Notes: generated by a model from the letters alone, not told the origin. Positions 28,990 through 39,973 are shown, counted from the stretch's first letter. The stretch is 64,000 nucleotides of DNA from Candidatus Hydrogenedens sp. (GCA_035378955.1 DAOSUS010000009.1:10119-74118), one strand, 5' to 3'. Made by a program: numbers and translations.

Positions 28990-29517
28990 ATGCTTTGTCA
29001 GAGATGTCATAAAAAACTTGCTTCAGTCCGATATGCGGAAGTAATTGATGGTCATGTAACAGAAATTCATTTATGCCCCGACTGTTTACTGGAAATTCAG
29101 AAAAATCCGAAGGGGTTTAACTTTGCTTCAGTTGAACCCCAAGTTAAAGAACGACATGAAGAGCCAGAGGAGATTGTAAAGAGGTCAAAGACTAAAACTT
29201 TGTGTTCGGTTTGTGGAACACAAATTAATTATATTCAAGAAAAATATAAAGTGGGTTGTTTTACTTGCTACAAAACTTTCGGACCTGAAATTGAATCTAT
29301 CCTTGAAGTTATTCAGGGAGGGAGTTCCCATATAGGTAAAAAACTAAATTATGCTAATGATGAAGAACGGATTCAGGCTCAAATCCTGCTCGATACAAAA
29401 AAGGCATTAATACGACAAGCCATTAAATCGGAGGATTATGAATCTGCAGCAAAATTGCGTGATGAAATTTTAGACTTAGAAAAAATGCTATCTTCATGGA
29501 AAATAGGTAAAAATTAA
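28990..29517 (+). CDS. mcsA: McsA-like activator of protein arginine kinase (zinc fingers plus UVR motif)
   Basis: 175 aa. CxxC pairs (CQRCH…CPDC; CSVCG…CFTCY). UvrB/C motif SEDYESAAKLRDEILDLEK. Sits immediately upstream of mcsB-clpC. Confidence 0.7.
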   Translation: MLCQRCHKKLASVRYAEVIDGHVTEIHLCPDCLLEIQKNPKGFNFASVEPQVKERHEEPEEIVKRSKTKTLCSVCGTQINYIQEKYKVGCFTCYKTFGPEIESILEVIQGGSSHIGKKLNYANDEERIQAQILLDTKKALIRQAIKSEDYESAAKLRDEILDLEKMLSSWKIGKN

Positions 29518-29520
29518 CTT

Positions 29521-30663
29521 ATGATGATGAAAACATGGGTCGAAAATAAGCCAGTTTGGTGGAAAGAAGAAGTATATGGTGCACCTGTATCTATTTTAAC
29601 CGTAGGAACATTATGTCGCAATGTTGCAGGTTTCTTTTTCCCTATGAGAATGAGTGAAGAAGAAAAACAGCGACTTGAGGATTTACTGAAGGAAAAATCT
29701 CTCCGATTGGATGGGGTTTCCATAGATGATTACATTAGTTTTGCGGGAATTTCTCCGCGAGAAAATCTGTTTTTGTCAGAGCGTTTTCTTGTATCTTATG
29801 ATTTGCTTTCCGGGATTGGACATCGAGGAGCATTTATTAGCAAAGACCAACGTTTTTCTGTAATGGTAAATGCAGGAGAACATATTGCTTTCCGTGTTGT
29901 GTTTGCTGGGCTTCAAGTAGAAAAAGTTTGGGAACTCTTGAATCAGGTAGATGATAGTATCAGTTCTTCTGTAGATTATATGACCGACCCACGCTTAGGT
30001 TTTTTGACTTCAGATTTAAACCTCATCGGAACAGGGTTAAAATTATTTACTATACTCCACCTTCCCGGTTTAGCAAGAACAGGAAGTATTATGCTCTGGG
30101 AAGAAAAATTAAAATCGTTAGGTTTTTACCTTAAAGGTATAAGAACAGGACCTCCTGCAGATGCACGACCTCTGGCGATACCCAAACACCTAATTGAGCA
30201 GGGTTTCCATAGCTCTTTATCGTCTCCTGTTGCTGTAGGTTTGATTGAAACTGTGGGTAGTTTATTTGTAATTGGCAATAGATATACTTTAGGTTTTTCT
30301 GAGGCGGAGATAGTTTTTTCCTTATCTCATATGGTTAGTGAGATAACAAAAGCAGAAATGGATGCAAGGCAAAAACTACTTGCATCCAGTAAACTAACAT
30401 TAGAAGATATGGTAGGCAGAGCCGAAGGTGTTGCCAAAGGAGCCCGATTTTTAGAATTTCCGGAAGCAATAGAATTGTGGTCTGCTCTGCAGTTAGGTTT
30501 TTCCTTAAATTTAACATCAAACTCAATTTCCTCATTACCGTTATCTTTGTTGTTTGAACTTCAAGGAGGGCATATTATTGTAAATTTGACTTCTAATGGT
30601 AATAACACAATAAAGATGAGTTTGATGCGTGCCAATCGATTTAAAGAAATATTTAATAATTAA
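29521..30663 (+). CDS. mcsB: Protein arginine kinase McsB (ATP:guanido phosphotransferase)
   Basis: 380 aa. CRNVAGFFFPMRMSEEE and GFLTSDLNLIGTGLKLFTILHLPGL match the McsB/phosphagen-kinase catalytic region. Confidence 0.8.
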   Translation: MMMKTWVENKPVWWKEEVYGAPVSILTVGTLCRNVAGFFFPMRMSEEEKQRLEDLLKEKSLRLDGVSIDDYISFAGISPRENLFLSERFLVSYDLLSGIGHRGAFISKDQRFSVMVNAGEHIAFRVVFAGLQVEKVWELLNQVDDSISSSVDYMTDPRLGFLTSDLNLIGTGLKLFTILHLPGLARTGSIMLWEEKLKSLGFYLKGIRTGPPADARPLAIPKHLIEQGFHSSLSSPVAVGLIETVGSLFVIGNRYTLGFSEAEIVFSLSHMVSEITKAEMDARQKLLASSKLTLEDMVGRAEGVAKGARFLEFPEAIELWSALQLGFSLNLTSNSISSLPLSLLFELQGGHIIVNLTSNGNNTIKMSLMRANRFKEIFNN

Positions 30664-30699
30664 TTATTCATAAAAATATATTTTCAGGGAGAAAAATAA

Positions 30700-33201
30700 A
30701 TGTTGTGGGAACGCTTCACAGAGAGAGCCCGACATGTAATAGCGGTTGCTCGAACAGAAGCCTCGAAAAGGGGCAGTGAATATGTCCGAACCGAACATAT
30801 TCTCTTTGCTCTTTGTCTTGAAGTTGAAGGGATTGCTGCAAAAGCCTTAATGAATATGGGAGTGGATTTAGAACAAATAACGCAAGAAATCGAACATCGA
30901 AGCCCACAAGGACCTGCTTTACTTATATCAGAAGAAATAACATACACTCCCCGTGCAAAAAAAGTATTAGAAATGGCAGCGGAGGAGGCTCATCGTTTTA
31001 ATCATACTTATATTGGGACAGAACATATACTTTTAGGGCTAATCAAAGAAGGGGAAAGTGTCGCTGCTAAATTATTGGCAGAGTTTGGTGTGGATTTAAA
31101 TCGAGCACAAACAGAAATTATGAAACTACTTGGAGAGCATGGTAAATCCGGTGGTAAAAGTGAAATGTATGAACGAAAGAAATCATCAACGCCGGCTCTT
31201 GATACATTTGGCAGAGACCTGACCTTTTTAGCAAGGGAAGGAAAATTAGACCCCGTAATTGGTAGGGAAACGGAGATAGAGCGTGTTGTGCAAATATTAA
31301 GTAGAAGAACCAAGAACAATCCCATTTTAATCGGAGAGGCTGGCGTAGGTAAGACCGCAATTGTAGAAGGACTTGCTCAGGCTATTATTAATGGAAATGT
31401 TCCCGATTTACTTCTTAATAAAAGAGTATTGACATTGGATTTAGGGTCTGTTATTGCAGGAACAAAATATCGAGGACAATTTGAAGAACGATTAAAAAGT
31501 GTAATGAGAGAAATTCAAAGGGAAGACAATATAATCCTTTTTATTGACGAGATACATACTATTGTTGGTGCTGGTGCTGCTGAAGGAGCTGTGGACGCAG
31601 CCAATATGTTAAAACCTGCGCTTGCACGAGGAGAACTACAATGTATTGGTGCTACAACTGCCGATGAATATCGGAAATATATTGAAAAAGATGCTGCTTT
31701 AGCAAGACGCTTTCAAACAATTTTTGTTGAAGCCCCTTCTCCCGAAGAAACCATAAGAATTTTAATGGGACTTCGAGATAAATATGAAGCCCATCACAAA
31801 GTTAAGTATATGGATGATGCTATTATTGCTGCGGTAAAACTTTCCGACCAATACATCACGGACCGTTATTTGCCCGATAAAGCAATAGATGTGCTGGATG
31901 AAGCAGGTAGTCGTGTCCGACTGCAAATAACCACACGTCCCAAAGAATTAAAGGAATTAGAAACAGAAATAGAAAAAGTAACGCAAGAAAAAGAAATAGC
32001 AATAAAACATCAGGAATTTGAAAAGGCAGCTTCGCTGAGGGATAAAGAACGCCGTCTGCAAGCCCAGTATCAGGAAAAGAAGAAAGAATGGGAATTGCAG
32101 AGAGATTCTTCTCAGGCAATTGTAACATCAGAAGATATTGCTTATGTTGTGTCCAAATGGACAGGTGTTCCCCTTACCAAAATTGGAGAAACAGAAACCG
32201 AACGATTACTTCGTATGCGAGATGAATTGCATAAATCTATTGTAGGGCAAGACATGGCTATTGACGCAATTACCCGAGCCATACAAAGGTCAAGAGCCGG
32301 TATAAGACATAGCAATCGCCCGGTGGGTTCCTTCCTTTTCTTAGGTCCCACAGGTGTAGGTAAAACACTCCTTGCTAAGAAACTGGCAGAGTTTTTGTTC
32401 GGAGATGAACGAGCATTAATTACATTAGATATGTCAGAATACATGGAAAAATTTACTGTATCCCGTTTAATGGGTGCTCCTCCGGGATATATTGGTTATG
32501 ATGAAGGGGGTCAACTTACAGAACAGGTGCGAAGAAGACCTTACTCAGTTGTATTATTCGATGAAATAGAAAAGGCTCACCCAGACATATTTAATGCACT
32601 ACTTCAGATTCTTGAAGAAGGTCAGATGACAGATGGAAGTGGAAGAAAAATAGATTTCAAAAATACAGTTATTGTATTGACATCCAATATCGGTGCCCGT
32701 AAGATAGGGAAATCAACTTCATTAGGATTCCAGAAAGATTCTGTTGAGGAAGAATATGAAAAAATGCGGGACCGTGTTATGGAAGAGGTTCGGAAAACTT
32801 TTAATCCCGAGTTTTTAAATAGGTTAGATGAAATTTTAGTATTTCATAGGCTTACTCAAGAAGAATTAGAAAAAATTGTTGATATACAGATAGCCGAAGT
32901 TGCTAATAAATTAAGTGAGAAACAGGTAAAATTAGAAATTACACCTGAAGCGAAAAAATTCCTTGTGCAAATTAGTAGCAGTGAAGAATATGGGGCTCGA
33001 CCTTTAAGACGGGCTATACAACAAAATATAGAAGACCCCCTTGCAGAGAAGTTACTTATTGGCGATATTAAAGAAGGAAATACTATACTAATTAAAGTTT
33101 CTGAGGATAATAAAAAATTAGAATTTGCTCAGAAAGAAAACGAATTTGAAAATCAGTTGCAAAAAAACGATAATAATACAGTAAAATTAATAAGTAATTA
33201 A
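30700..33201 (+). CDS. clpC: ATP-dependent Clp protease ATP-binding subunit ClpC
   Basis: 833 aa. Two Clp_N repeats. AAA1 (GEAGVGKT). Middle-domain UVR motif ([15 protein letters not shown]). AAA2 (GPTGVGKT) and sensor motifs. Confidence 0.9.
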   Translation: MLWERFTERARHVIAVARTEASKRGSEYVRTEHILFALCLEVEGIAAKALMNMGVDLEQITQEIEHRSPQGPALLISEEITYTPRAKKVLEMAAEEAHRFNHTYIGTEHILLGLIKEGESVAAKLLAEFGVDLNRAQTEIMKLLGEHGKSGGKSEMYERKKSSTPALDTFGRDLTFLAREGKLDPVIGRETEIERVVQILSRRTKNNPILIGEAGVGKTAIVEGLAQAIINGNVPDLLLNKRVLTLDLGSVIAGTKYRGQFEERLKSVMREIQREDNIILFIDEIHTIVGAGAAEGAVDAANMLKPALARGELQCIGATTADEYRKYIEKDAALARRFQTIFVEAPSPEETIRILMGLRDKYEAHHKVKYMDDAIIAAVKLSDQYITDRYLPDKAIDVLDEAGSRVRLQITTRPKELKELETEIEKVTQEKEIAIKHQEFEKAASLRDKERRLQAQYQEKKKEWELQRDSSQAIVTSEDIAYVVSKWTGVPLTKIGETETERLLRMRDELHKSIVGQDMAIDAITRAIQRSRAGIRHSNRPVGSFLFLGPTGVGKTLLAKKLAEFLFGDERALITLDMSEYMEKFTVSRLMGAPPGYIGYDEGGQLTEQVRRRPYSVVLFDEIEKAHPDIFNALLQILEEGQMTDGSGRKIDFKNTVIVLTSNIGARKIGKSTSLGFQKDSVEEEYEKMRDRVMEEVRKTFNPEFLNRLDEILVFHRLTQEELEKIVDIQIAEVANKLSEKQVKLEITPEAKKFLVQISSSEEYGARPLRRAIQQNIEDPLAEKLLIGDIKEGNTILIKVSEDNKKLEFAQKENEFENQLQKNDNNTVKLISN

Positions 33202-33264
33202 TTAGGGCTTACTGTAGGCAAAACATTGAAAATAAATTAACAAACTAATAAAGGGATTTGTTAA

Positions 33265-35580
33265 ATGTTTAAAATAAGATATATGTATGTGGGCTGTTTT
33301 TTCGTTATCATTCTATTTTGCGGTAATGTTATGGCTCAATTAGAGGAATATGCCGGAAAAGAAGTAGTTTCTGTTCAGGTAAAAGGATTAGAAAAAATTA
33401 ATGAGCAGGTAGTATTAGGACAGGTAGAAACGAAAACAGGACAAAACTTAAATCCTCGTTCTATCGCAAGAGATTTAAAAAGAATTTATGGGCTGGGTTA
33501 TTTTGTAAAAGTTGACGCCGAGGTTACTCCAGAGGGAAATGGAGTAAAAGTTGTATTCGTTGTTGAAGAAGAACGAAGAATCGCAGATGTTAAAATAATT
33601 GGTTGTAAAAAAATAAAACCCCGCGCTATAGAACCAACTTTGAAACAAAAACGAGGGGCTTCTTTTATTCCAGAATTATGTGAAGAAGATAGAAAGTCTA
33701 TTATCAATATGTACCAGGGGAAAGGTTATGCAAATACGAAAGTTGATATTATAACAGAAAAAATAGACCCTGGACTTGTCCGAATTATTTATTCTATTGA
33801 TGAAGGGAAAAAAGCCCGTATTAAGGAAATAGAAATCGAAGGGAATAGCGCTTTATCAGACCGACAGATTAAAAAGGCAATGAAAACAAGACCTGCCTGG
33901 TGGTTTTTAGGTGGAAAGTATGATGAAACAAAGTTTGAAAACGATTTGGACAATGTCGTGAACAAATATGGAGATAATGGATATTTAGATGCAAAAGTGA
34001 CTCATACGGATGTTCTTTATACGGATGGTGGTAAAAAACTAAAAATAAAATTATTTGTAGAAGAGGGTGAACAATACAAAGTCAAGTCAATCCAATACGC
34101 CAATAATAGTGTGTTTGACAATGATGAATTTGAAAAAGAGATAAAGGTAAAGCCCGAAGATATTCACAATAAAGGACAGGTTGCCAAAGATGCCCAAAAA
34201 TTAGAAATTAAATATCGCGATAGTGGTTATGTGGATGCAACAGTTACACCCCAAGTGTCCAAAGATGAACAAAATAAAACAACAAATATCGCATACAATA
34301 TATCCGAAGGAGAATTGAAATATATTAAACAAATAGATGTTACCGGCAACGATGTTACCCAAGATAATGTAATTCGCAGTCAAATGTTAATAAAACCCGG
34401 TGAAAGGTATGACGGTTCCTCTATAGAATCCAGTAAGCTAAGACTTGAAAATACAGATTACTTTGATAAGGTTCGTATTACACTTACAGATGATGATGTT
34501 GACCCAAGATATTCCAATTTACTTGTAGATGTAGAAGAAGGTAAAACTAATACATTTTTGTTCGGAGCAGGTTATAGCACAGATGAAGGTATTGGTGGAT
34601 TTGCACAACTTCGCCTGAGAAACTTTGACATTACAAATTGGCCTCACTTCTCCGGTGGAGGACAACAATTTTCTGCCCGTGTTCACCTGGGAGATAGAAG
34701 AGACCGTTATAATGTAAGTTTTACAGACCCTGAAATCTTTGGTTATCCCATATCTTTGGGTGTTGACCTTTATAATGAATCCTATTGGGTAAGAGGTGGT
34801 GCTGATTATCGCGAAAATCAGGCAGGCGGACAAATCCGATTTGGAAAGGCTCTTTCATTATATAATACTGCCCGCTTATCTTTCCGTGTAGAAGATGTAG
34901 ATATTAGTGATTTGCCATGGTTTGTTAATAGAGAAATTCGCCGACAAACAGAGAATTCAACCACAGTTAGTACCGTGTTGAGTCTTGAAAGAAATACTTT
35001 AGACCGTCCCAGAGACCCTTCTCGTGGCATTAATGCTATTTTAAGTTCAGAACTTGCAGGGCTTGGCGGTGACAATAATTTTGTGAAATTACAATTCGAT
35101 TTGTCATGGTTTAAAGCATTAGACAAAAATCAAAAATGGGTCTTAATGTTAAGAACTCGTGAAGGCTGGATGACAGAATATGGCGATTCTGATTATATCC
35201 CACTGATTTATAGATTCTATGCGGGTGGAACTACGACAGTCCGTGGTTATGACTATCGCGATATAGGACCTAAGATTCGTGAGTATGGCTGGTTTGGAGA
35301 TTGGATTGCAGAAGGAGGAAATCTCCGTCTGGTTAATAATTTAGAATTAAAGTATAAATTAACAAACATGATTCGTATCTACTCCTTTGTAGATATGGGT
35401 GGTGTATGGAAAGATGAGGATGACCTTGATTTATCAGATTTGAGATATAGTGCCGGTCTTGGTTTAGGAGCTGAAATTCCAAAATTTGGTCCTATTCGTA
35501 TAGATTATGGTATACCGCTTAATCCAGATGAAGACCAAGGAAGCGGTAAATTACATTTGACCACAGGTTTACAGTTTTAA
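33265..35580 (+). CDS. bamA: Outer membrane protein assembly factor BamA (Omp85)
   Basis: 771 aa. Signal peptide. POTRA repeats. C-terminal beta-barrel ending in an aromatic residue (…HLTTGLQF). Confidence 0.85.
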   Translation: MFKIRYMYVGCFFVIILFCGNVMAQLEEYAGKEVVSVQVKGLEKINEQVVLGQVETKTGQNLNPRSIARDLKRIYGLGYFVKVDAEVTPEGNGVKVVFVVEEERRIADVKIIGCKKIKPRAIEPTLKQKRGASFIPELCEEDRKSIINMYQGKGYANTKVDIITEKIDPGLVRIIYSIDEGKKARIKEIEIEGNSALSDRQIKKAMKTRPAWWFLGGKYDETKFENDLDNVVNKYGDNGYLDAKVTHTDVLYTDGGKKLKIKLFVEEGEQYKVKSIQYANNSVFDNDEFEKEIKVKPEDIHNKGQVAKDAQKLEIKYRDSGYVDATVTPQVSKDEQNKTTNIAYNISEGELKYIKQIDVTGNDVTQDNVIRSQMLIKPGERYDGSSIESSKLRLENTDYFDKVRITLTDDDVDPRYSNLLVDVEEGKTNTFLFGAGYSTDEGIGGFAQLRLRNFDITNWPHFSGGGQQFSARVHLGDRRDRYNVSFTDPEIFGYPISLGVDLYNESYWVRGGADYRENQAGGQIRFGKALSLYNTARLSFRVEDVDISDLPWFVNREIRRQTENSTTVSTVLSLERNTLDRPRDPSRGINAILSSELAGLGGDNNFVKLQFDLSWFKALDKNQKWVLMLRTREGWMTEYGDSDYIPLIYRFYAGGTTTVRGYDYRDIGPKIREYGWFGDWIAEGGNLRLVNNLELKYKLTNMIRIYSFVDMGGVWKDEDDLDLSDLRYSAGLGLGAEIPKFGPIRIDYGIPLNPDEDQGSGKLHLTTGLQF

Positions 35581-35672
35581 TTCTCCACATAGTTAAAAGT
35601 TACTTTTCTTTATCATAGGAGATAATGAAATTTAAAATAAAAATGTGATATACTTTCGTTAATTATATTGAA

Positions 35673-36302
35673 TTGTTAATTAACCCTATTAAAAAGAAAG
35701 GAAAAGTTGTGAAAGGGAGATATTTTTTCATTTCATTATTTGTTTTAAGTTGTATTTTAATTCCTTTAAAGTCTGTAATGGCACAAGAACCTGCTAAAAG
35801 TGCCGATACAGGGACATCTTACAGAATTGCTGTTGTGGATGTTGAACTTGTTATGAGGGAGTACAACAAAAGAAAACAAAAATACGAAGAACTTCAAAAA
35901 GAAGTAGATGCCCAACAAAAAGACCTCGATAATCTAATGAACCGAATTGAAGAAGACCGTAAAAAACTTGAATCCGGTAAAGCAACTATGAGTGATGAAG
36001 AAAAACTTGATTTGAAAATGAAGATAGAACAAGAAGCGGCTTCATATCGGGCTGAACTTGAAAAACGGCAAAAAACCATTGATAGTAAAGAAGAAAGAAT
36101 TATTCGTGAATGCTTAGATGATATTCAGAATGCTATAAATATAATAGCAACTTCGGATAATTACCATCTTGTTTTTAATGCAGGGAAGTCCCTGAAAAGC
36201 AGTTTGTTATACCATAGTCCAACTATGGATATTACTTCTAAAGTTCTGACTCAGTTAAATTCTAATTCTTCCGTAACCGTTACACCGAAACCTAAAAAAT
36301 AA
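35673..36302 (+). CDS. skp: OmpH/Skp periplasmic chaperone
   Basis: 209 aa. Signal peptide. IAVVDVELVMREY followed by long coiled-coil arms, and a basic C-terminus. Position between bamA and lpxD is conserved. Confidence 0.75.
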   Translation: MLINPIKKKGKVVKGRYFFISLFVLSCILIPLKSVMAQEPAKSADTGTSYRIAVVDVELVMREYNKRKQKYEELQKEVDAQQKDLDNLMNRIEEDRKKLESGKATMSDEEKLDLKMKIEQEAASYRAELEKRQKTIDSKEERIIRECLDDIQNAINIIATSDNYHLVFNAGKSLKSSLLYHSPTMDITSKVLTQLNSNSSVTVTPKPKK

Positions 36303-36353
36303 CTTCGGTAGAATTGTCCAATACTATAATCATATTTGAATATTTGAAAACAG

Positions 36354-37397
36354 ATGCAAATAAAAGCAATACAAATAGCACAATGGGTAGATGGCAAAAT
36401 TATTAGGGGAGAGGAAAATACTTTAATAACCGGGCTTAATAGCATTGAGAATGCTCGAGAAGGTGATTTAATCTTTATTCGTGATAAAAAATATGAAGCC
36501 TACCTTTCACAAACACATGCATCAGCAGTTCTTATAGCAGAAGAACCAACAGTCCCCCTGCCTGAAAAAATGGTGTGCATTGCTGTAAAAAATCCAGAAA
36601 TTGCTTTTATTCAAATATTGCAAAAATTTGGATTCTCTCAACCTTCCATTCCTAAGGGAGTTCATTCTACCGCTATTATTGGAGATGATGTCCAATTAGA
36701 AGAAGGAATTGCAATAGGTCCGTTTGTGTTTATCGGAAAAAACACGCAAATCGGAAAAAATACCATAATCTTCCCCAATGTTTATATTGGTGATAATTGC
36801 CAGATAGGTGAGAGTACCTGTATTTTCCCTAATGTGACTATTCGGGAGAATACCACTGTAGGTTCTCAATGTATTATACATTCTGGAGTTTGTATTGGAA
36901 CCGACGGATTTGGTTTTGTGTTCGATGGAAAGGAATGGATTAAAGTCCCCCAGATGGGACGGGTAATTATTGGTGATAATGTAGAAATTGGGAGTAATAC
37001 CTGTATTGATAGAGCAACCTTTGGAGAGACAAAAATAGGTTCAGGAACTAAAATTGATAATTTAGTTCAGATAGGACATAATGTTAAAATTGGAGAAAAT
37101 TGTGCCATTGCCGCTACTACAGGTATTGCTGGAAGTGCAGTAATAGGCAATTGTGTCCGTATCGGTGCAGGTGCTGGTATTAACGGACATATCACAATTG
37201 GCGATAATGTGACCATTGGCGCATGGTCAGGTGTAGCAAAATCGGTAGAAAAAGACGCTATTGTTTCGGGATTTCCTGCGGTAGAGCATTCTCGAGCCAA
37301 GAGAATATTAGTTGCTCAGCAATATGTCCCGGAACTACTTAAAAGAGTTAAAGACCTTGAAATGAAAATTCAAAAAATAGAGAATGATTGCGTATGA
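36354..37397 (+). CDS. lpxD: UDP-3-O-acylglucosamine N-acyltransferase
   Basis: 347 aa. N-terminal LpxD domain. Extensive hexapeptide (left-handed beta-helix) repeats. Conserved context. Confidence 0.85.
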   Translation: MQIKAIQIAQWVDGKIIRGEENTLITGLNSIENAREGDLIFIRDKKYEAYLSQTHASAVLIAEEPTVPLPEKMVCIAVKNPEIAFIQILQKFGFSQPSIPKGVHSTAIIGDDVQLEEGIAIGPFVFIGKNTQIGKNTIIFPNVYIGDNCQIGESTCIFPNVTIRENTTVGSQCIIHSGVCIGTDGFGFVFDGKEWIKVPQMGRVIIGDNVEIGSNTCIDRATFGETKIGSGTKIDNLVQIGHNVKIGENCAIAATTGIAGSAVIGNCVRIGAGAGINGHITIGDNVTIGAWSGVAKSVEKDAIVSGFPAVEHSRAKRILVAQQYVPELLKRVKDLEMKIQKIENDCV

Positions 37398-38719
37398 AGA
37401 ACCAAAGAACAATTAGCAAAGAAGTATCCTTCTCTGGAGTTGGGTTACATAGTGGAAGTTTAACCACAGTGACATTCAAACCTGCTCCTCCCGACACAGG
37501 TATAATTTTTATACGAACAGATATGGCGGGTAAACCGGCTATCCCTGCTGATATTGACCATGTTATTGATGTTTCCCGTGGCACGACTATAGGTATTGGC
37601 AGTGCTAAAGTCCGCACAGTTGAACATGGCTTAGCGGCTATGGCAGGGTTAGGCATTGATAATCTATATATAGAACTTGATAATGAAGAAATACCCAATG
37701 GAGATGGAAGTGCCCTCCCTGTAATGAACTGCCTTTTAAAAGCAGGAATTACTGAACAAGAAGAACCTAAAAGAGCTTTGGTCGTGGATAGACCTGTTTA
37801 CTATCGACAGGATGAAGTTACATTAAATGTTCTTCCATCAGATGAGTTGCGAGTAACAATGACCATTGCCTATGACCATGTAGCTATCGGCACCCAATAT
37901 GCAAGCTTTCCTGTCAACGAAGAGACTTTTATGACACAAATAGCCCCTGCTCGAACTTTTTGTTTCTTAAAAGAAGTAAAAATGTTAAAAGAACAGGGAT
38001 TAATTATGGGAGGTAGCCTGGAAAGTGCCGTAGTTATTGGTGATGAGGAAATTCTCAACGATGGACTTCGTTTCCCAGATGAGTTTGTTCGTCATAAAAT
38101 CCTTGATTTGCTTGGAGATACTTATCTTTTAGGGCGACCCTTAATTGGACATATTATTGGGGTTAAATCCGGACACGAAAAAAATGTTATGTTTACCAAA
38201 CAAATTAAAAAGGTATATTTGAATGGCTATGGCATTTATGCTGTTCATGACCCAAGACCAACGGCACACCGACAAATCCCTGTTTTGGATGTAAACAAAA
38301 TATTAAGGATATTGCCCCATCGCTACCCGTTTCTCCTTGTTGATAGAATTATTGAATTCACCTCTATGAAGAAAGTCGTAGGTATAAAAAATGTAACTGT
38401 AAACGAACCTTTCTTCCAGGGACACTGGCCTGATGTTCCAGTAATGCCCAGTGTTTTAATTCTTGAAGCCATGGCACAGGTCTCTTCTGTCCTTATCTTC
38501 CGTGAAAATGGAGAACCGCCCCTTTATCAGGCCTATTTCATTGGAATTGAAAATGCTTCTCTAAGACGATTGGTCGTTCCTGGGGACCAGCTTGTTGTAG
38601 AAGCAGAGATGTTGTATTACAAAAATGATTTATTCAAAGCGAAAGTAATTGCTTCTGTCGAAAATCAAGTTGTGGCAGAAGCATCTATGACTTTCGGTCT
38701 TGTTGAAATTAAAAAATAA
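37388..38719 (+). CDS. Bifunctional UDP-3-O-acyl-GlcNAc deacetylase / 3-hydroxyacyl-ACP dehydratase (LpxC-FabZ fusion)
   Basis: 443 aa. N-terminal LpxC (TISKEVSFSGVGLHSG…HKILDLLGD). C-terminal FabZ hot-dog (ILPHRYPFLLVDRI…GHWPDVPVMPSVL). Confidence 0.85.
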   Translation: MRMKNQRTISKEVSFSGVGLHSGSLTTVTFKPAPPDTGIIFIRTDMAGKPAIPADIDHVIDVSRGTTIGIGSAKVRTVEHGLAAMAGLGIDNLYIELDNEEIPNGDGSALPVMNCLLKAGITEQEEPKRALVVDRPVYYRQDEVTLNVLPSDELRVTMTIAYDHVAIGTQYASFPVNEETFMTQIAPARTFCFLKEVKMLKEQGLIMGGSLESAVVIGDEEILNDGLRFPDEFVRHKILDLLGDTYLLGRPLIGHIIGVKSGHEKNVMFTKQIKKVYLNGYGIYAVHDPRPTAHRQIPVLDVNKILRILPHRYPFLLVDRIIEFTSMKKVVGIKNVTVNEPFFQGHWPDVPVMPSVLILEAMAQVSSVLIFRENGEPPLYQAYFIGIENASLRRLVVPGDQLVVEAEMLYYKNDLFKAKVIASVENQVVAEASMTFGLVEIKK

Positions 38720-38801
38720 CCTATCTCTGCATCTTCTCTTTATTTTGTATTTATTATTTTAAGTAAGTTATTATTTTCTACTTGAATTTTTAATGACAAT
38801 A

Positions 38802-38830
38802 TTGAAAAACTAATTTTTACAAAATATATT
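38802..38830 (+). promoter_or_regulatory. Candidate sigma70-type promoter upstream of the HlyD/ABC efflux operon
   Basis: TTGAAA (38802-38807), a 17-nt spacer, then TATATT (38825-38830). Only 11 nt separate the -10 from the annotated ATG, so either the mRNA is leaderless or the true start lies downstream. Confidence 0.3.
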
Positions 38831-38841
38831 TTGACAAAAAA

Positions 38842-39969
38842 ATGAAATATAAGATTTTCAGCAATAACTTTTTTGTAATACTTTTAATTAGTTCTATTGT
38901 ATTTTGTTCATGCAATAAAGAAGAAAGAACTTCCTTTTTAGTTTCAGGACAAATTGAATGCAAAGTTCATACTCCAGGTTCAACAGTTGGAGGTCGTGTT
39001 ATTGATGTTTTTGTTAGGGAAGGGGATGTAGTAAAAAAAGATACTACCTTAATTCAGTTTGATTGCGCCCAACAAGAGGCAATGTATCAATCTGCTCTTG
39101 CCGGGGTTAAGCGTGCTGAATCTTTGGTAGAGAAACTAAAAAAAGGTGCTACAGAGGAAGAACTCCGTCAGGTAGAAAATGCCGTAAAAACAGCAGAAGC
39201 ACAATATCGGCTTCTGCTTACAGGTGCAAGAGAAGAAGATAAACAATCCGCAAAGGCTACCTTAGAATCCGCAAAATCTGCCTTTGAAATAGCCAAACAA
39301 GATTATGAAAGAGCAGAACGACTATTTAACGAAGGGGCTATTTCTAAAAAAGAATGGGAACAGACAAAAATCCTTTTTGAAAAGGCAAAAGCAGAATATC
39401 GTGTAGCCGAAGAAAGACATAAGCAACTACAAAAAGGTGCCCGTGATGAAGAAATAGAAGCAGCAAAAGCGAATTGGGAACGCTCAGTTGCTATGTTTGA
39501 TGAAATAAAAAGAGGACCGCGAGTTGAAGATATTCGTTCTGCGGAATCAGCATTAGAATCAGCTCGAGCCGAATTATCACGAGCAGAAACCGTTCTGAAA
39601 GAATGCACTGTAAAATCACCCATTGATGGTATTGTAGAATCTGTATCTGTTCGCAAAGGAGATATAGTCCCACCGGGTCCCTGTATCCGTATTGTAAATC
39701 CAGATGATTTAGAAATGGTTATCTATGTCCCTGCCTATATATTGGGTCATATTTCCATTGGGCAAACATTAAATTTCTATACAGATGCTCACAAGAATGA
39801 AACATTTTCAGGGAAAATTATCTACATTGCTTCCGAAGGTGAATTTACTCCAAGAAATTTGCAGACACAGGAAGAGAGAATACAACAGGTGTTTGCTGTA
39901 AAATTGTCGTTAAACTCATACGGTGGTAAACTTCGTGCAGGAATGACTGCTACTGTGAAAGTTCGTTGA
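38842..39969 (+). CDS. HlyD-family periplasmic adaptor (membrane fusion protein)
   Basis: 375 aa. N-terminal lipoprotein-like signal (…VFCSC). Biotin-lipoyl-like segment. Long coiled-coil hairpin. C-terminal beta-barrel. Confidence 0.7.
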   Translation: MKYKIFSNNFFVILLISSIVFCSCNKEERTSFLVSGQIECKVHTPGSTVGGRVIDVFVREGDVVKKDTTLIQFDCAQQEAMYQSALAGVKRAESLVEKLKKGATEEELRQVENAVKTAEAQYRLLLTGAREEDKQSAKATLESAKSAFEIAKQDYERAERLFNEGAISKKEWEQTKILFEKAKAEYRVAEERHKQLQKGARDEEIEAAKANWERSVAMFDEIKRGPRVEDIRSAESALESARAELSRAETVLKECTVKSPIDGIVESVSVRKGDIVPPGPCIRIVNPDDLEMVIYVPAYILGHISIGQTLNFYTDAHKNETFSGKIIYIASEGEFTPRNLQTQEERIQQVFAVKLSLNSYGGKLRAGMTATVKVR

Positions 39970-39973
39970 TACA

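Noticed and set aside
29182-29198. GGTCAAAGACTAAAAC, resembling half of a CtsR operator (GGTCAAA)
   Set aside because: Only one half-site matches. It lies inside the mcsA coding region, not upstream. No ctsR gene is present.
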